DNA of 64,000 nucleotides from Methanobacteriota archaeon (GTDB taxonomy: Archaea; Thermoplasmatota; E2; DHVEG-1): assembly GCA_963769885.1 (NCBI GenBank), contig CAVYNH010000007.1, forward strand, positions 1 through 64,000. The letters run 5' to 3'. Below, piece after piece: positions 19,023-30,200 of the stretch; position 1 is the first letter of the stretch, and every line of letters starts with the position of its first letter. Made by a program: the position numbers and the translations under genes. The notes under the pieces are model-generated. The model ran no database searches. It was not told the origin of the DNA and worked only from the letters and a program-made list of their open reading frames with translations.

Positions 19023-19898
19023 ATGGTTTTAACAAAGTATCAGAAGACCTCTTATAGATGGTTCGGGCGATTTGGTGAAGACCATGTCAGCGTGCGGTTC
19101 AAAAAGGATTTGCAGGCCGCGCACCTGGAGATTCGCCCTGGTGCGTACTTATCCTATACCTTGCTGTCCACGTTGCTTGTTGTCGTGGCCTCCGCCTGCG
19201 TCCTGTATCTCCTAACACTTGTAGTGTTGCCGCTGCTGAAAGTGACCTTGGCTCAAGGCTTGCTATTGGTTATCCTTCTTTTACCCCTCGTCTTTGGGGC
19301 ACTGACGTATTTAGTGATGCTGTCGCGGCCTTCCTCAATTGCGAAAGGGCGTCGAAAAAAGATTAACGCGAATCTCTCCTATGCGGTGAATTTCATCTCG
19401 GCGATGGCCTCGGCGGGGGTGACCCCGACGGAGATATTCAAGAGTCTTTCCAAGCAGGATATCTACAGTGAGATCACTGAGGAGGCCGCGTGGATTTATC
19501 GTGATGTCGAACTCCTCGGATTGGATATTCTCACCGCGATTAAGACGAACATCGAGCGTACACCTTCTGAGCGGTTCAAGGAATTCCTTCAGGGAATGGT
19601 CGTCACAGTGACCTCAGGAGGCTCGTTGAAGACATATTTTATGCATAAGGCGGATCAATATATGTGGGAGAACCGCCAGGCCCAGAAGCAGATGATGGAG
19701 ACGCTGGGGATTATGGCCGAAAGCTACGTCACTGCGGCGGTGGCCGGTATCCTGCTGCTGTTAATCGTGATTCCCCTGATGATGATTATCAGTGGGAGTT
19801 GGAACGTGATGTTTCTGTTTGTCTTGATTTTGATTGTGGTGCCGTTGATCCATATTGGGTTCTCTGTGGTGATACGGATTATGTCTGAGGGGGCATAG
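19023..19898 (+). CDS. Type II secretion system F / TadC-like platform protein
   Basis: MASAGVTP.EIFKSL, RDVELLGLD, TPSERFKEFLQG, TM helices. Confidence 0.92.
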   Translation: MVLTKYQKTSYRWFGRFGEDHVSVRFKKDLQAAHLEIRPGAYLSYTLLSTLLVVVASACVLYLLTLVVLPLLKVTLAQGLLLVILLLPLVFGALTYLVMLSRPSSIAKGRRKKINANLSYAVNFISAMASAGVTPTEIFKSLSKQDIYSEITEEAAWIYRDVELLGLDILTAIKTNIERTPSERFKEFLQGMVVTVTSGGSLKTYFMHKADQYMWENRQAQKQMMETLGIMAESYVTAAVAGILLLLIVIPLMMIISGSWNVMFLFVLILIVVPLIHIGFSVVIRIMSEGA

Positions 19899-19899
19899 C

Positions 19900-20805
19900 A
19901 TGGCCGATGTTCACGAGAAAGCAAAGCGACCGGGGCGGTTGAAGGAGCTGCAGCTGGCGGAGGACGTGGTGCGGCTCATTGTCATCGTCGTGACTGCAGT
20001 ATGTATTGCGGTCTTCAGTCTGATGGCGGTCTTGGCGGGGCTTGGGGTGATTAAGGGCGTCGGGGGTCCGATCGATTTCGTGGTCTTCGCGATTCTCTCT
20101 GGTGCAGGGATTTTTGGTGTATATGGGTATTTGCGGGCGCGTCGGATTGCGAAAATCGACGCGATTTTCCCGGATTTCGTCCGTGACCTTGCTGAGTCTC
20201 GGCGTGCGGGGATGACGTTTACGCGGGCTATCCTGTTTGCCTCGAAGGGGAATTATGGGATTTTAACGCCGGAGATCCAGAAGATTTCGCAACAGGTCTC
20301 ATGGGGGAGTAGCGTGGAGGATGCCCTCACGTCGTTCTCCAAGCGGGTGCGGACGAAATCGATTTGTCGGACAATCCAGTTGATCATCGAGGCGAGTAAG
20401 AGCGGTGGGAATGTCGCTGATGTGCTGGAGATTGCGGCGAAGGATGCGCGTGAGATCAAGATGCTGGAGGCGGAGCGGAAGGCGAACATGGCCTCGTATG
20501 TCGTCGTGATTTACGTGGGGATGTTTGTCTTCCTCGCGATTGTGTTGATTCTGTGTACGAGTTTTATTCCGGCGATGGTGGGGAATAAAGGGACGAGCGG
20601 GATGCAGGGGATTATGGGTGGGAACAGTTTGGCCAGCCAGAAGGACGTGGCGGGGGTCTTCTATCTCGCGTGCCTCGTGCAGGCGTTCGGGTCAGCGTTA
20701 GTGGCTGGCGTGTTTGAGAATGGGCAGTTTTCCTCGAGCGTAAAACATGTGTTCATCATGGTGTTCACGAGCTGGCTTTCGTTTAAGCTCCTCATGGGGG
20801 TATGA
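19900..20805 (+). CDS. Type II secretion system F / TadB-C-like platform protein
   Basis: FPDFVRDLAESRRAGM, YGILTPEI, SGGNVADVL. Confidence 0.92.
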   Translation: MADVHEKAKRPGRLKELQLAEDVVRLIVIVVTAVCIAVFSLMAVLAGLGVIKGVGGPIDFVVFAILSGAGIFGVYGYLRARRIAKIDAIFPDFVRDLAESRRAGMTFTRAILFASKGNYGILTPEIQKISQQVSWGSSVEDALTSFSKRVRTKSICRTIQLIIEASKSGGNVADVLEIAAKDAREIKMLEAERKANMASYVVVIYVGMFVFLAIVLILCTSFIPAMVGNKGTSGMQGIMGGNSLASQKDVAGVFYLACLVQAFGSALVAGVFENGQFSSSVKHVFIMVFTSWLSFKLLMGV

Positions 20806-20817
20806 GTCATCAGGCGA

Positions 20818-23373
20818 GTGGCGGCACGGTCCCATGAATCGAGCGAGGCGGTCGCTGAGATTTTCGGGACGTTGATTCTGATTACGATGGCCGTCGTGCT
20901 GTTCTCTGCGCTTTCTATCCTTATTTTAAATCCGTTGACGTCGTGGTCTACGACTGAGTCGTTTGTATCGACGACGTTGGTCAGCTACATCGATCCGAGT
21001 AATTCGCGGACTATCGTCGTCGAACACCGCGGGGGCGATATGTTGCCGCATTATAAGGTGACGTTCACCATCTCGACCCTGTCGCCTCCAACTCAGGTCA
21101 ACATTACGAAAACCCAGGATGATTCTGGGATTCAGGAATGGAGTGTTGGTGAGCGCTGCAATTATACGGCGGCTGGGAGTCTGACGAATACCAAGGTGGA
21201 GGTGTTAGTCGTCGATCTTGACAAGAACTCTATTCTGCTAGATAAGGTTCTTCAGGATTACAATGATTTTGCGACGCCGTATGTGCAGGTCTACAACCCC
21301 AATGATGATCCGAAGGGGGTCACGGAGAACTCGGCGGTGCTTCGCCTATACTATAATTTCGTGAAGTACAAATATTATTTCTGTCCGAACGCGGGGACCG
21401 TCAATTTTGTGTATCAGAAGCTTGATAACGGAGGGACCCCGATCACGAATGTGAGTTCGGCCTTGTTTACGCCGCTACCGTTGGAAGGCCTGTATTCGAT
21501 CACGCTCACTGGTCTTGCGCCTGATTCACATTATCAGGTGCGGGGCGTGATCCGCTGGGGATTGCAAAAAGTCGAGACGCCGTTTGTCCAGTTCTGGACG
21601 TATTCGACTGCCCGCGGCCTGTGGCATCTCGATGAGGCGTTCACTCATGGTGGTGGCGATGTTGCCTATGATGCGTCGCGGCCTCCGACTGATGGGGCCG
21701 TTTCGGGGGCGACCTTTAAGTGGGATGCTGCCCATAATAACGGGTTCCTGAATTTTTCTGCGCCACACCAAAAAGTCGAGGTGTCCAACAATCATAAGTT
21801 CGACCTTGACACCCAGATGACGGTAAGAGCGTGGATCAATTCCCGGCCTGGCGGGGCCTTGTTCTATGGGCAGATGTCGCAGATCGATAATGCGTCGCTG
21901 GATAGTCTGCCTGGGGTCTGGCTTGAGCCCGTCGTCACTCATATCTCTGGTGATGTATACGCGGCGGTGTATCACACCTTGGTTGACCCGGGGGCGACCA
22001 TCACGACGTTCCGTATGCCCTCGGACTACGTCATCCCCACTCCATTGACCGTGATTGATTCGCAGATATTCGCGGATGTGTCGAACTATCAGAATAACCC
22101 TGATATCCTTTCGCTTGGGAACGGGTTGTATGCCGTGTCGTTCGGGTCGCGACACTATGATACGACGCCGGCGGGCTATATCATGACGGTGAGTATCACG
22201 GATGAAGGGGTCATTTCCGATTCCATGATTGGGCAAATGATGACGAACTTCTATGGGAAGATGTCACGGCTGTTCCAGGTGAATGGGTCTCTCTATGGGG
22301 TAGCCTTTGGTGGTGACTACAGTAAGACCTACTTGCATAAGACCGGGGGGGTCGTGACGTTCTCGATTGATGAATCAGGTTATTTTTCGATGCCGCTGTG
22401 TCAGCTGAAGCTTGATGAGGATTATTGTTCGAAGATTGATGTCGTGCAGGTTGGGGCGGACGTCTTTGCGCTCGCCTACAACAGTGACAGCAATGGGTCT
22501 TCGTGCATCCGGACCATCCAGATTAGCAATGGGGGCAATGTGACGTATTTGAGGCGGTCGTTTTTCTCGCTGGCGGATCATATGGAGCCGTCGATTGTCG
22601 CTGGTAGTCTCCCGAATCAATATATTGTTGCCTTCGGCGGGGATTCGACAAAACCAGTCCAGGGGGTGCTCCGGATGGTTTCTATCGCATCGGACGGGAC
22701 CATCCTTAGTATCTCGGGCTCGCAGCTCCTTCCCTCGAATACCTCCGTCTCTCCGAAGATTATGGCCCTGAAGGGCGACCTCTATCTCGTCGCCTACTCC
22801 GAAGGCTCGCCGCTCCCCAGGTGCCACACGGCGACTTTCAAAGTCACCGACCATATTGAGCTCCGGGACAAGATGGTCTTCCTTTATGATGACGCCCACC
22901 ATCAGCTCCAGGGGCTGGGGGCGACCATCGTCGCGTTGAATGACGACCACATGCTGGCCGTGTACGGCTCGAGTTCGATATATCACGGGGTGATAGCGTC
23001 GATTTCCATCAATTTCGTCTCCGTCCCGCAGTTCATTGTCAGCAAGGGAGCGATGTTCCAGATTGAACTCGTTGATACGACGATCACCGCCACGGTCAGG
23101 ACCGCTGACGGCTCCCATAGCGTCTCCGGCACGCTTATTCAAGGGGGATGGAATCATATGGTTTTGGTCTATTCATCGTCAACCCTCTCGTTATATATCA
23201 ACAAGGTTCTGAGCGGGCCCATCCCGTGCCTCGGGATCCTTGAAGTCAACGCCGACCCTCTCATCATCGGAAGCGACTTCATCGGCTACCTGGACGAGGT
23301 CGGGATCTACGCTCAAGGCTTCGATGCGGCAGGTGTAGCGAATGACTACGTCAGCACCAATCACTATGCATAA
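20818..23373 (+). CDS. Giant type IV pilin-like adhesin (pilin N-term, FN3-like, LamG split by 7 propeller-like repeats)
   Basis: SEA/VAEIFGTLILI signal; EHRGGD and WSVGER pilin motifs; GLWHLDE ... WNHMVLVY ... YLDEVGIY. Confidence 0.82.
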   Translation: MAARSHESSEAVAEIFGTLILITMAVVLFSALSILILNPLTSWSTTESFVSTTLVSYIDPSNSRTIVVEHRGGDMLPHYKVTFTISTLSPPTQVNITKTQDDSGIQEWSVGERCNYTAAGSLTNTKVEVLVVDLDKNSILLDKVLQDYNDFATPYVQVYNPNDDPKGVTENSAVLRLYYNFVKYKYYFCPNAGTVNFVYQKLDNGGTPITNVSSALFTPLPLEGLYSITLTGLAPDSHYQVRGVIRWGLQKVETPFVQFWTYSTARGLWHLDEAFTHGGGDVAYDASRPPTDGAVSGATFKWDAAHNNGFLNFSAPHQKVEVSNNHKFDLDTQMTVRAWINSRPGGALFYGQMSQIDNASLDSLPGVWLEPVVTHISGDVYAAVYHTLVDPGATITTFRMPSDYVIPTPLTVIDSQIFADVSNYQNNPDILSLGNGLYAVSFGSRHYDTTPAGYIMTVSITDEGVISDSMIGQMMTNFYGKMSRLFQVNGSLYGVAFGGDYSKTYLHKTGGVVTFSIDESGYFSMPLCQLKLDEDYCSKIDVVQVGADVFALAYNSDSNGSSCIRTIQISNGGNVTYLRRSFFSLADHMEPSIVAGSLPNQYIVAFGGDSTKPVQGVLRMVSIASDGTILSISGSQLLPSNTSVSPKIMALKGDLYLVAYSEGSPLPRCHTATFKVTDHIELRDKMVFLYDDAHHQLQGLGATIVALNDDHMLAVYGSSSIYHGVIASISINFVSVPQFIVSKGAMFQIELVDTTITATVRTADGSHSVSGTLIQGGWNHMVLVYSSSTLSLYINKVLSGPIPCLGILEVNADPLIIGSDFIGYLDEVGIYAQGFDAAGVANDYVSTNHYA

Positions 23374-26300
23374 ACAGGCATACAAACGACGGCGATCCAT
23401 CGCCTCAGTCTACAACTCGTTGCTTCGTAAGAAAAGACACCTTTCTTCAGACTCCGGCATCTCTGAAGTCGTCGGCACCTTGCTTCTCATCGGCATCGGG
23501 ATTTCCCTGTTCTCTGTCCTGATGCTGCTGGTCATGAACATCACCACCGTCTTCAACAGCAGCATGGGGCCTTCTACGAATCTCATCGGCATCTATGAGC
23601 CAGACACACGGACCATCATCTTCGAAAACCGCGGCGGCGAATCCGTCCCTATCCAGAGCATCATCACCCTGAGTTTCGCTGACATTCCGCCCGTAACATT
23701 CACCGCTGCAGAATATATGAGTCCCCACCCTAGCCCAAACGACAACCTCTGGGATGTCGGTGAACGGGTTGTCTTCAACAACACCTCGTGGATCCCGAAC
23801 TTCGATCTCATCGAGATTCACGTATCGATCAAGGACCCCACCACCAACTCCATCCTCATGAACGGCGTCCTCCGCGAAGGGACAAAAGAAGCACTCCCCT
23901 ACACGATTACGGGAACCCCCGTCGCCATTAACACCCGCACAGAGACCTTCTCGCAAATCTACGACTTTCAATTATACTCCAACCACCCGGGATGGGGCTA
24001 CTGGGCCCGGTTCTCCTATAAGAAATTGGTCGATGTGAACTGGACGTCCTATAACTGGACCACCGCCAACAGCACCCATGGATCCTACACCCTTACCGCA
24101 CAGAACCTCACCCCCGGGACCGTCTACCTCTACCGTGCCGAAATCTGCTGGGGGACGAATCCCAGCATAAACCCCCTGAACTACACGACGGGATCAAACA
24201 AACAATTTGAAACCGGGACTGACTACGTCGGTATCTGGCATTTCGACGAGACCGCACCCGCCGACGCCCTCCTCGCCAAAGACTCCACGATCAACCACAA
24301 CAACGGCACCCTTCTCCCCTCCTCGCTGAACATTCGACCTCTCCGAGTCTCAACAGGCGTCCATAGCACCAAAGCCATCACCTTTGACGGTGTCAACGAC
24401 TACACTAAAATCCCAGACTCGACAAGCCTCCGCGCCTTCACCAACGACCAGACCATCGAATGCTGGATCAAACCGCAAACCCACCGACAAGGCACCAGAG
24501 GCGTCATCACCGCCAACGACATCTCCCAATACAGCCAAACCCTCGAAAGCTACGGGTTCACCGACCCGGACATCATCCCCGTCAGCGGCCAATACTATGC
24601 CATCGTCACCCGCGGCGCCAACACCCACGGCTACCTCATCGTCGTCAACGTCACCAGCACCGGCATCATCAGACCTAAAAGCCTCCTGACCACCCCCGTC
24701 GCCGTCCTCGACTTCGACTCCGCCGTCTGCTGGACCCCAAAAATCATCCACACCACCGGGACGCAGTACGCCATCGTCTACTGCCGCGGCGGCAGCTACT
24801 CCTACGCAGCCAACGGCTACATCAAGACCCTCAACATCCTCCCCACCGGCACCATCGGATCCACCATCGGCACCCTCTCCATCGGCGTCTCCTACTTCAA
24901 CCAACCAAAAATCCTGCCCATCACCGGCACCATCTACGCCATCTTCTACAACACCGGAACACCCAACTACCAGATGCGCGTCATGACCGTCAACATCCCG
25001 ACCGCCGGAAACCCCACGACACTGAGCACCTTCAGCATCAACACCATCGTCGCCAACGACCCGGCGCCAGTACAAGTCGGCACCGACGGCACCAACTACT
25101 ACTACGCCGTCGCCTACCGGGACTCCGACAGCGACGGCTACATGACCGCCGTCTCCATCACCAACGACGGTCTTAGCCTCACTCAGATCGACCAAGCACT
25201 CGACAACGACACCATCCAATACAGCGTCATGTTCGACTCAGACGACTGCTGGGCCCCCTGCATGATCCCCGTCGGCAACACCGGCTACTACATCTGCTCC
25301 TACACCGGTAGCGTCAACAAATACGTCAACTACGGCTACGTCCGCACCTTCAACATCTCCTCTACCGGCATCGTCTCAAACGCGACCCCCGACTACTCCG
25401 CGGGCTTCAAAGTCATCGACGGCACCACCTCCAGCTGGGTCTTCGGCAAATCCAAAATCATCGCCGTCGACCAAGACACCTACCTCGTCGTTTACCAGTA
25501 CTCCATGTCCACCACCTACTATGGACTCGCTCAGACCGTCGACATCGCCGTCAACGGCAGTGTCATCTACTACGGCACAAGCGATCACCGGTTCACGTTT
25601 GAATCAGCCAACGGATGCATCACACCCGCCGTCGTACAAGTCGGCGGAACCGGACCCTACTACTTCGGCGTGGTCTACAGCAGAGCCACCAATACCACGA
25701 ACCAAGGAATGATCAAGACCTTCAGCGTCACGAACGCCGGAATCATCAACCAGCCCTGCATCAACGAAGCACTCCTTGGCCCCTACCACTTCTGGAACCC
25801 CTATATCTTCCCTCTCGCCACCAGCACCTACTACGCCATGGTCTACAACACCGAATACAACAACGGGATCACGATTACCACCACACGAATCCTCGCGAAC
25901 GGGGACGTCCAGGACGTCTTCCTCAGCCGAGCAGGGTTCCTCTCAGGGAGGATCAACTCTGTCAAACTCCAGTACATCAAGAATAACGTCTACGTCCTTT
26001 TCTATTACAACTACAGCACCGGGATCGTCGCCCGCTCACTCAAAATCTATGCCAACGGCACTATCGACACAACCGGCTCCAGAACATGGACGTACGCTAC
26101 GAGTTATGCCAACACGATCGACCTCCTCAAAATTACTAACAGCACCTTAAACGACATCTACGCGATCTCCTTCCACTCAAAAATCAACGCCACCGCCGGC
26201 ACCTACATGATCACCGTCCATATCAATAGCACCGGCGGCATCTCCGCCGTGATTGACACCTTGATCATCAACGATGCCGCATCGAACACCTACAACGTCC

Positions 26301-27283
26301 TCTATGACACCTCACTGCGACGAGTCAACAACAGCGTCGGCGGACCAGCCGACATCTTCGCCATGACCTTCGCCTGGAAATACTCTGGCAGCATCTGGTA
26401 CGGCGTCGGCCGCGTCATCACAGTCGAAATCACCATCGGCACCGGAATGATCACCGACATCCCCAAGGCGACCTTTGACTTTAATCAATATATCACAAGA
26501 GCAACGCTCACCAGAGTCTACAGCGACATCTATGCTATCGCCTACAACGATAAGTCCGGCGTCGGCATGTTGAGGACCATCCGCATCTCCGACGACGGCA
26601 CCAGCATCACCCTGATCGACCCTGGACCATCTTCGTCCTCCCTGTCATCACAGCTCCTCGCCGTTAACGCAACCAACAACATCTTCGCGGTCGTCACAGA
26701 CACCACCGTCAAAACCCTCCGTATCAACGAAAAAGGCGACATCAGCAACTCCACCTCCGGTGTATTCGAGGACAGCAGCTACAGCTTATCCAACAGCAAG
26801 AACGTCCAGGCCATCAAATTAGCGGACAAATACTACGCCTTCATCTACGCAGGAACATACTACGATGCCTACCTCCAAACGCTCACCATCACCCCGACTA
26901 CGACGAAACGACAGATCCTCTACAAGGCGGGATCCTATAACGTCAGCGCCGATGACACCAACGCCTATATCAGCATCACCGACAGCGCATCGCCAGCCGT
27001 CACCCATGCCGTGACCATACAACTCTCATATGTCAACGATTGGAACTATATCGTCTGCCTCTACAAAATCGGAAGCCCGATGAAGGTCTACATCAACGGA
27101 AACGACACGGCTCATAATGGACGATACCGAAAAACAGCCGAGGTCCTCACCGCCCCCATTGCACAATCCACCCAGCCGCTCTATTTCGGCGGCTACAACG
27201 CCGTGTACGACGAGTTTGCCATCGGAACAAAAATCTTCTCGGAACCATTAATAAAAACCATGTACCTCAACATGCTCACTTAA
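23366..27283 (+). CDS. Giant type IV pilin-like adhesin (14 propeller-like repeats inside LamG)
   Basis: DSG/ISEVVGTLLLIGI; ENRGGE, WDVGER; LTPGTVY; GIWHFDE, FDGVNDY, ECWIKP ... WNYIV ... YDEFAI. Confidence 0.82.
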   Translation: MHKQAYKRRRSIASVYNSLLRKKRHLSSDSGISEVVGTLLLIGIGISLFSVLMLLVMNITTVFNSSMGPSTNLIGIYEPDTRTIIFENRGGESVPIQSIITLSFADIPPVTFTAAEYMSPHPSPNDNLWDVGERVVFNNTSWIPNFDLIEIHVSIKDPTTNSILMNGVLREGTKEALPYTITGTPVAINTRTETFSQIYDFQLYSNHPGWGYWARFSYKKLVDVNWTSYNWTTANSTHGSYTLTAQNLTPGTVYLYRAEICWGTNPSINPLNYTTGSNKQFETGTDYVGIWHFDETAPADALLAKDSTINHNNGTLLPSSLNIRPLRVSTGVHSTKAITFDGVNDYTKIPDSTSLRAFTNDQTIECWIKPQTHRQGTRGVITANDISQYSQTLESYGFTDPDIIPVSGQYYAIVTRGANTHGYLIVVNVTSTGIIRPKSLLTTPVAVLDFDSAVCWTPKIIHTTGTQYAIVYCRGGSYSYAANGYIKTLNILPTGTIGSTIGTLSIGVSYFNQPKILPITGTIYAIFYNTGTPNYQMRVMTVNIPTAGNPTTLSTFSINTIVANDPAPVQVGTDGTNYYYAVAYRDSDSDGYMTAVSITNDGLSLTQIDQALDNDTIQYSVMFDSDDCWAPCMIPVGNTGYYICSYTGSVNKYVNYGYVRTFNISSTGIVSNATPDYSAGFKVIDGTTSSWVFGKSKIIAVDQDTYLVVYQYSMSTTYYGLAQTVDIAVNGSVIYYGTSDHRFTFESANGCITPAVVQVGGTGPYYFGVVYSRATNTTNQGMIKTFSVTNAGIINQPCINEALLGPYHFWNPYIFPLATSTYYAMVYNTEYNNGITITTTRILANGDVQDVFLSRAGFLSGRINSVKLQYIKNNVYVLFYYNYSTGIVARSLKIYANGTIDTTGSRTWTYATSYANTIDLLKITNSTLNDIYAISFHSKINATAGTYMITVHINSTGGISAVIDTLIINDAASNTYNVLYDTSLRRVNNSVGGPADIFAMTFAWKYSGSIWYGVGRVITVEITIGTGMITDIPKATFDFNQYITRATLTRVYSDIYAIAYNDKSGVGMLRTIRISDDGTSITLIDPGPSSSSLSSQLLAVNATNNIFAVVTDTTVKTLRINEKGDISNSTSGVFEDSSYSLSNSKNVQAIKLADKYYAFIYAGTYYDAYLQTLTITPTTTKRQILYKAGSYNVSADDTNAYISITDSASPAVTHAVTIQLSYVNDWNYIVCLYKIGSPMKVYINGNDTAHNGRYRKTAEVLTAPIAQSTQPLYFGGYNAVYDEFAIGTKIFSEPLIKTMYLNMLT

Positions 27284-27291
27284 AGAAAAGG

Positions 27292-30200
27292 ATGGAAACC
27301 ATGAGAAAAAAACAGCCTGAAAACAGACAGCGTAATAGGAGAGGCGTTACTCCGCTGCTCAGCACAATCCTTCTCCTCGCCATCGCAATCACCTTAGTCA
27401 CCCTGATTTACACCGCTGTCTTGAAAAGCGCCACCGAACGAACGGAAGTCTCGACCTCAACTACGAATCTAGCGGCGAGCATAACGCAAAACAAAGTCAC
27501 CTTCGTCAACCGTGGAGGCGACATCATTGATCCCAGAATCCGCATCACGCTTACGATTAATCAACATGAATACGTCACCACGGTCGGAGCGATCAACAAC
27601 AATAAACCATGGCTTCCCGGGGAAGAGATTATATACAACTCATCCTACACAACCCTCATCGGCCTCCAGGTCGAATATTCCATGGTCGACCCCAGCCAAA
27701 ATTCAGTCATAATTCACGGGTTAATACAAGAAGGCGAACAAGGGAACATCCCCTATATTCAAACCATCGGGGCCTCACAGATAACGGCCCATACAGCGAG
27801 ACTCACTGCAAACTACAATTTCATATCCTCTCGAACGACCCCCCAGGTTCGAATTCAAATCAAGACCGACAGCGCCTTAAGTCTCTATGATCCGAACGCC
27901 AGTTGGAGTACCCTGACTATCGCTCCCGCAGGACCGTATACTGGCACATTCACCTACGATGCCCATGATCTACTCGCGGGACAACGATACGTGTTTCGCG
28001 CTCAGTTAAAATATTCGGGACTTGCAACCCCAAAACAAGGCCTAGGTCTGACCTTCACGACGCCTTCCGATCGGATCGGAGAATGGAACTTCGACAGCAC
28101 ATCAGGCCCCGTGATCGATTCAGTTTCGAGTAACAACGGTCTCTTGCTTCCAAACACTTTACGAGGACCGAGATATGGCCCGGGATACGTCTTGAATGCA
28201 ATGCAGTTCGACGGTATCGACGATAAAGTGAACATCTCTGATTCAAATTCCCTCGATGTCACGGACGAGATGACGTTTGAGACCTGGGTCAAACCGATGA
28301 ATAACTCTAATGGATCCGCCCTCTCCTTGACTCAGACGTCCTCATCGCAATTCTTCGATACTTCCTATGGTTGTTATGATCCAAACTGGATTTCTCTCGG
28401 GGGCGAGTACTATGCCTATGTCTCCCGCGCTTCCAATAACTATGGATGGCTAACCACCGTCCGAATCTCTGATGGCGGCACAATATATTCGAATGCGACT
28501 ACATGTGTGATTAATAAGGCTTCATTCACTACAGCATGCGCCAATCCTAAAATCATTGCCGTAGCCGGTGCCACCGGCATCTATGCGATTGTGTATACAC
28601 AGAGTAACTATGGATACATCCGGACAGTCTCCATTTCAGGGACCGGAAAAATCGGATCGTTTTTGACGAATCTTGGCTTTAGCACGCCTCGGTATTGTTA
28701 CTCTCCCGACATCGTCTTTGTCGGAAGCAATACCTACGCAATCGTCTATGGAAGCTCAACAACCGCCACAAGTTCCTATGGCTACATCCAATGTGTTTCG
28801 ATCACGGGCGGTGGGACAACTGTGGCGTTGAAAGGATCAGTTTTCTCGATGACCCATGATAGTACAGTCATTTCTTTGACTGGCTCGCAGGTGTTGATCC
28901 AGGAACCAGAAATGCTCGAGCTGGAGGGTGGCTCCCCAGATCATTACTTTGTAATCGCCTATAAATGCCGTGATGATGACGGCGGAGTCTATGTAGTGCA
29001 GATTAACCCTTCGACTGGGGCGGTGACTCGGGTTAATGGGGAACGTAAGTTTGATTCAAAACGAGGGGAAAACCCAGAGATCTTCTATATCACTGGCAAA
29101 TTCTATGGTGTCGTCTATGGCTGCGAGGGGGCCTCTTCACCCTATAACGACGATTTAAATCATCTCAAGGGCTATATCACAATTATTCGAATCAATAATG
29201 CAAACGGTCAAATTTATACGCAGGGAGGCGAGGAGACCAGCCATTATGTCTTCGGTGGTGCGTATGATTTCAATGATAAGGATTATTCAGGGTCACAGTA
29301 TACGGTCCGGTCGTCCCATGTCCTTTGTGTAGGAAGTCATTTTGGGACGTACACCTATGTGTTTTCCTACACATTGAAGACTGCTTCTGGGACGAAAGGA
29401 TTCGTTCGGACAATTGGCATTAATCCCGCTACGCCCTATTCGCTGTTCACTCGGGTCGCGAATTTTAGTTACGATGTGAACACGCCTGATGCCCCCGATA
29501 TCGTGCAGGTTGGCGGCGGACCGACCTATGCGATCATTGAGCATCTCGGGGCGGCAGGGAACAACGGGTTGCTGAAGACGCTTACCATTCAGGATGATGG
29601 GACCATCCCTGCGAAGCCGATTTTAGATGCCAAGGAGATCGGGGTGTGTTATTGTTATCGTCCCCGGCTCTTGCGGCTATCTGATACCTATTGCGCGATG
29701 GTTTATCAGGGGTTTAACACGAGCGGGTTTTTGAAGACGTTTTATGCGCCTGCGTCGGGGACGTTGCCTTTGTATTATAATGATTCGTTGGGGTTGGAGC
29801 CGGGGGTGTGGATGGCTGCGAACCCCTATCAGGCGTGCTATGAGCCGTTCTTGTTCCGGGTGAGTGGGAGTCTGTATGCGGTTGTGTATCGGAATTATAC
29901 TAATCAGCTCGTTTTTTCCGTCGGTCAAATCAATTCCGTTGGGCAGATTACGTCTTCTTATAGACGGGTTATTAGTGGTATAACCTGTACGCTGCCGGTT
30001 GCGTGCACGGTGGACGAGTATCCGAATGTGTGTCTGGTCGCGTATCGTGATTATTCGACGGGCCGTGGGAAGTTGTTGACGATTCAGCTGACGGGTTCGG
30101 GGAGCTGTATGTTAGCGAATGCGTCGTTGGATGGCTCGGCGTGCACCGAGCCTGTGGTGTATCGGATTGGGAGTGGGTATTATGCGGTCGCGTATAGCGG

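Noticed and set aside
14581-20805. Archaellum operon
   Set aside because: No archaellins or ArlH/ArlF/ArlG/ArlCDE; two ATPases plus split TadC-like genes indicate a non-archaellar T4P.
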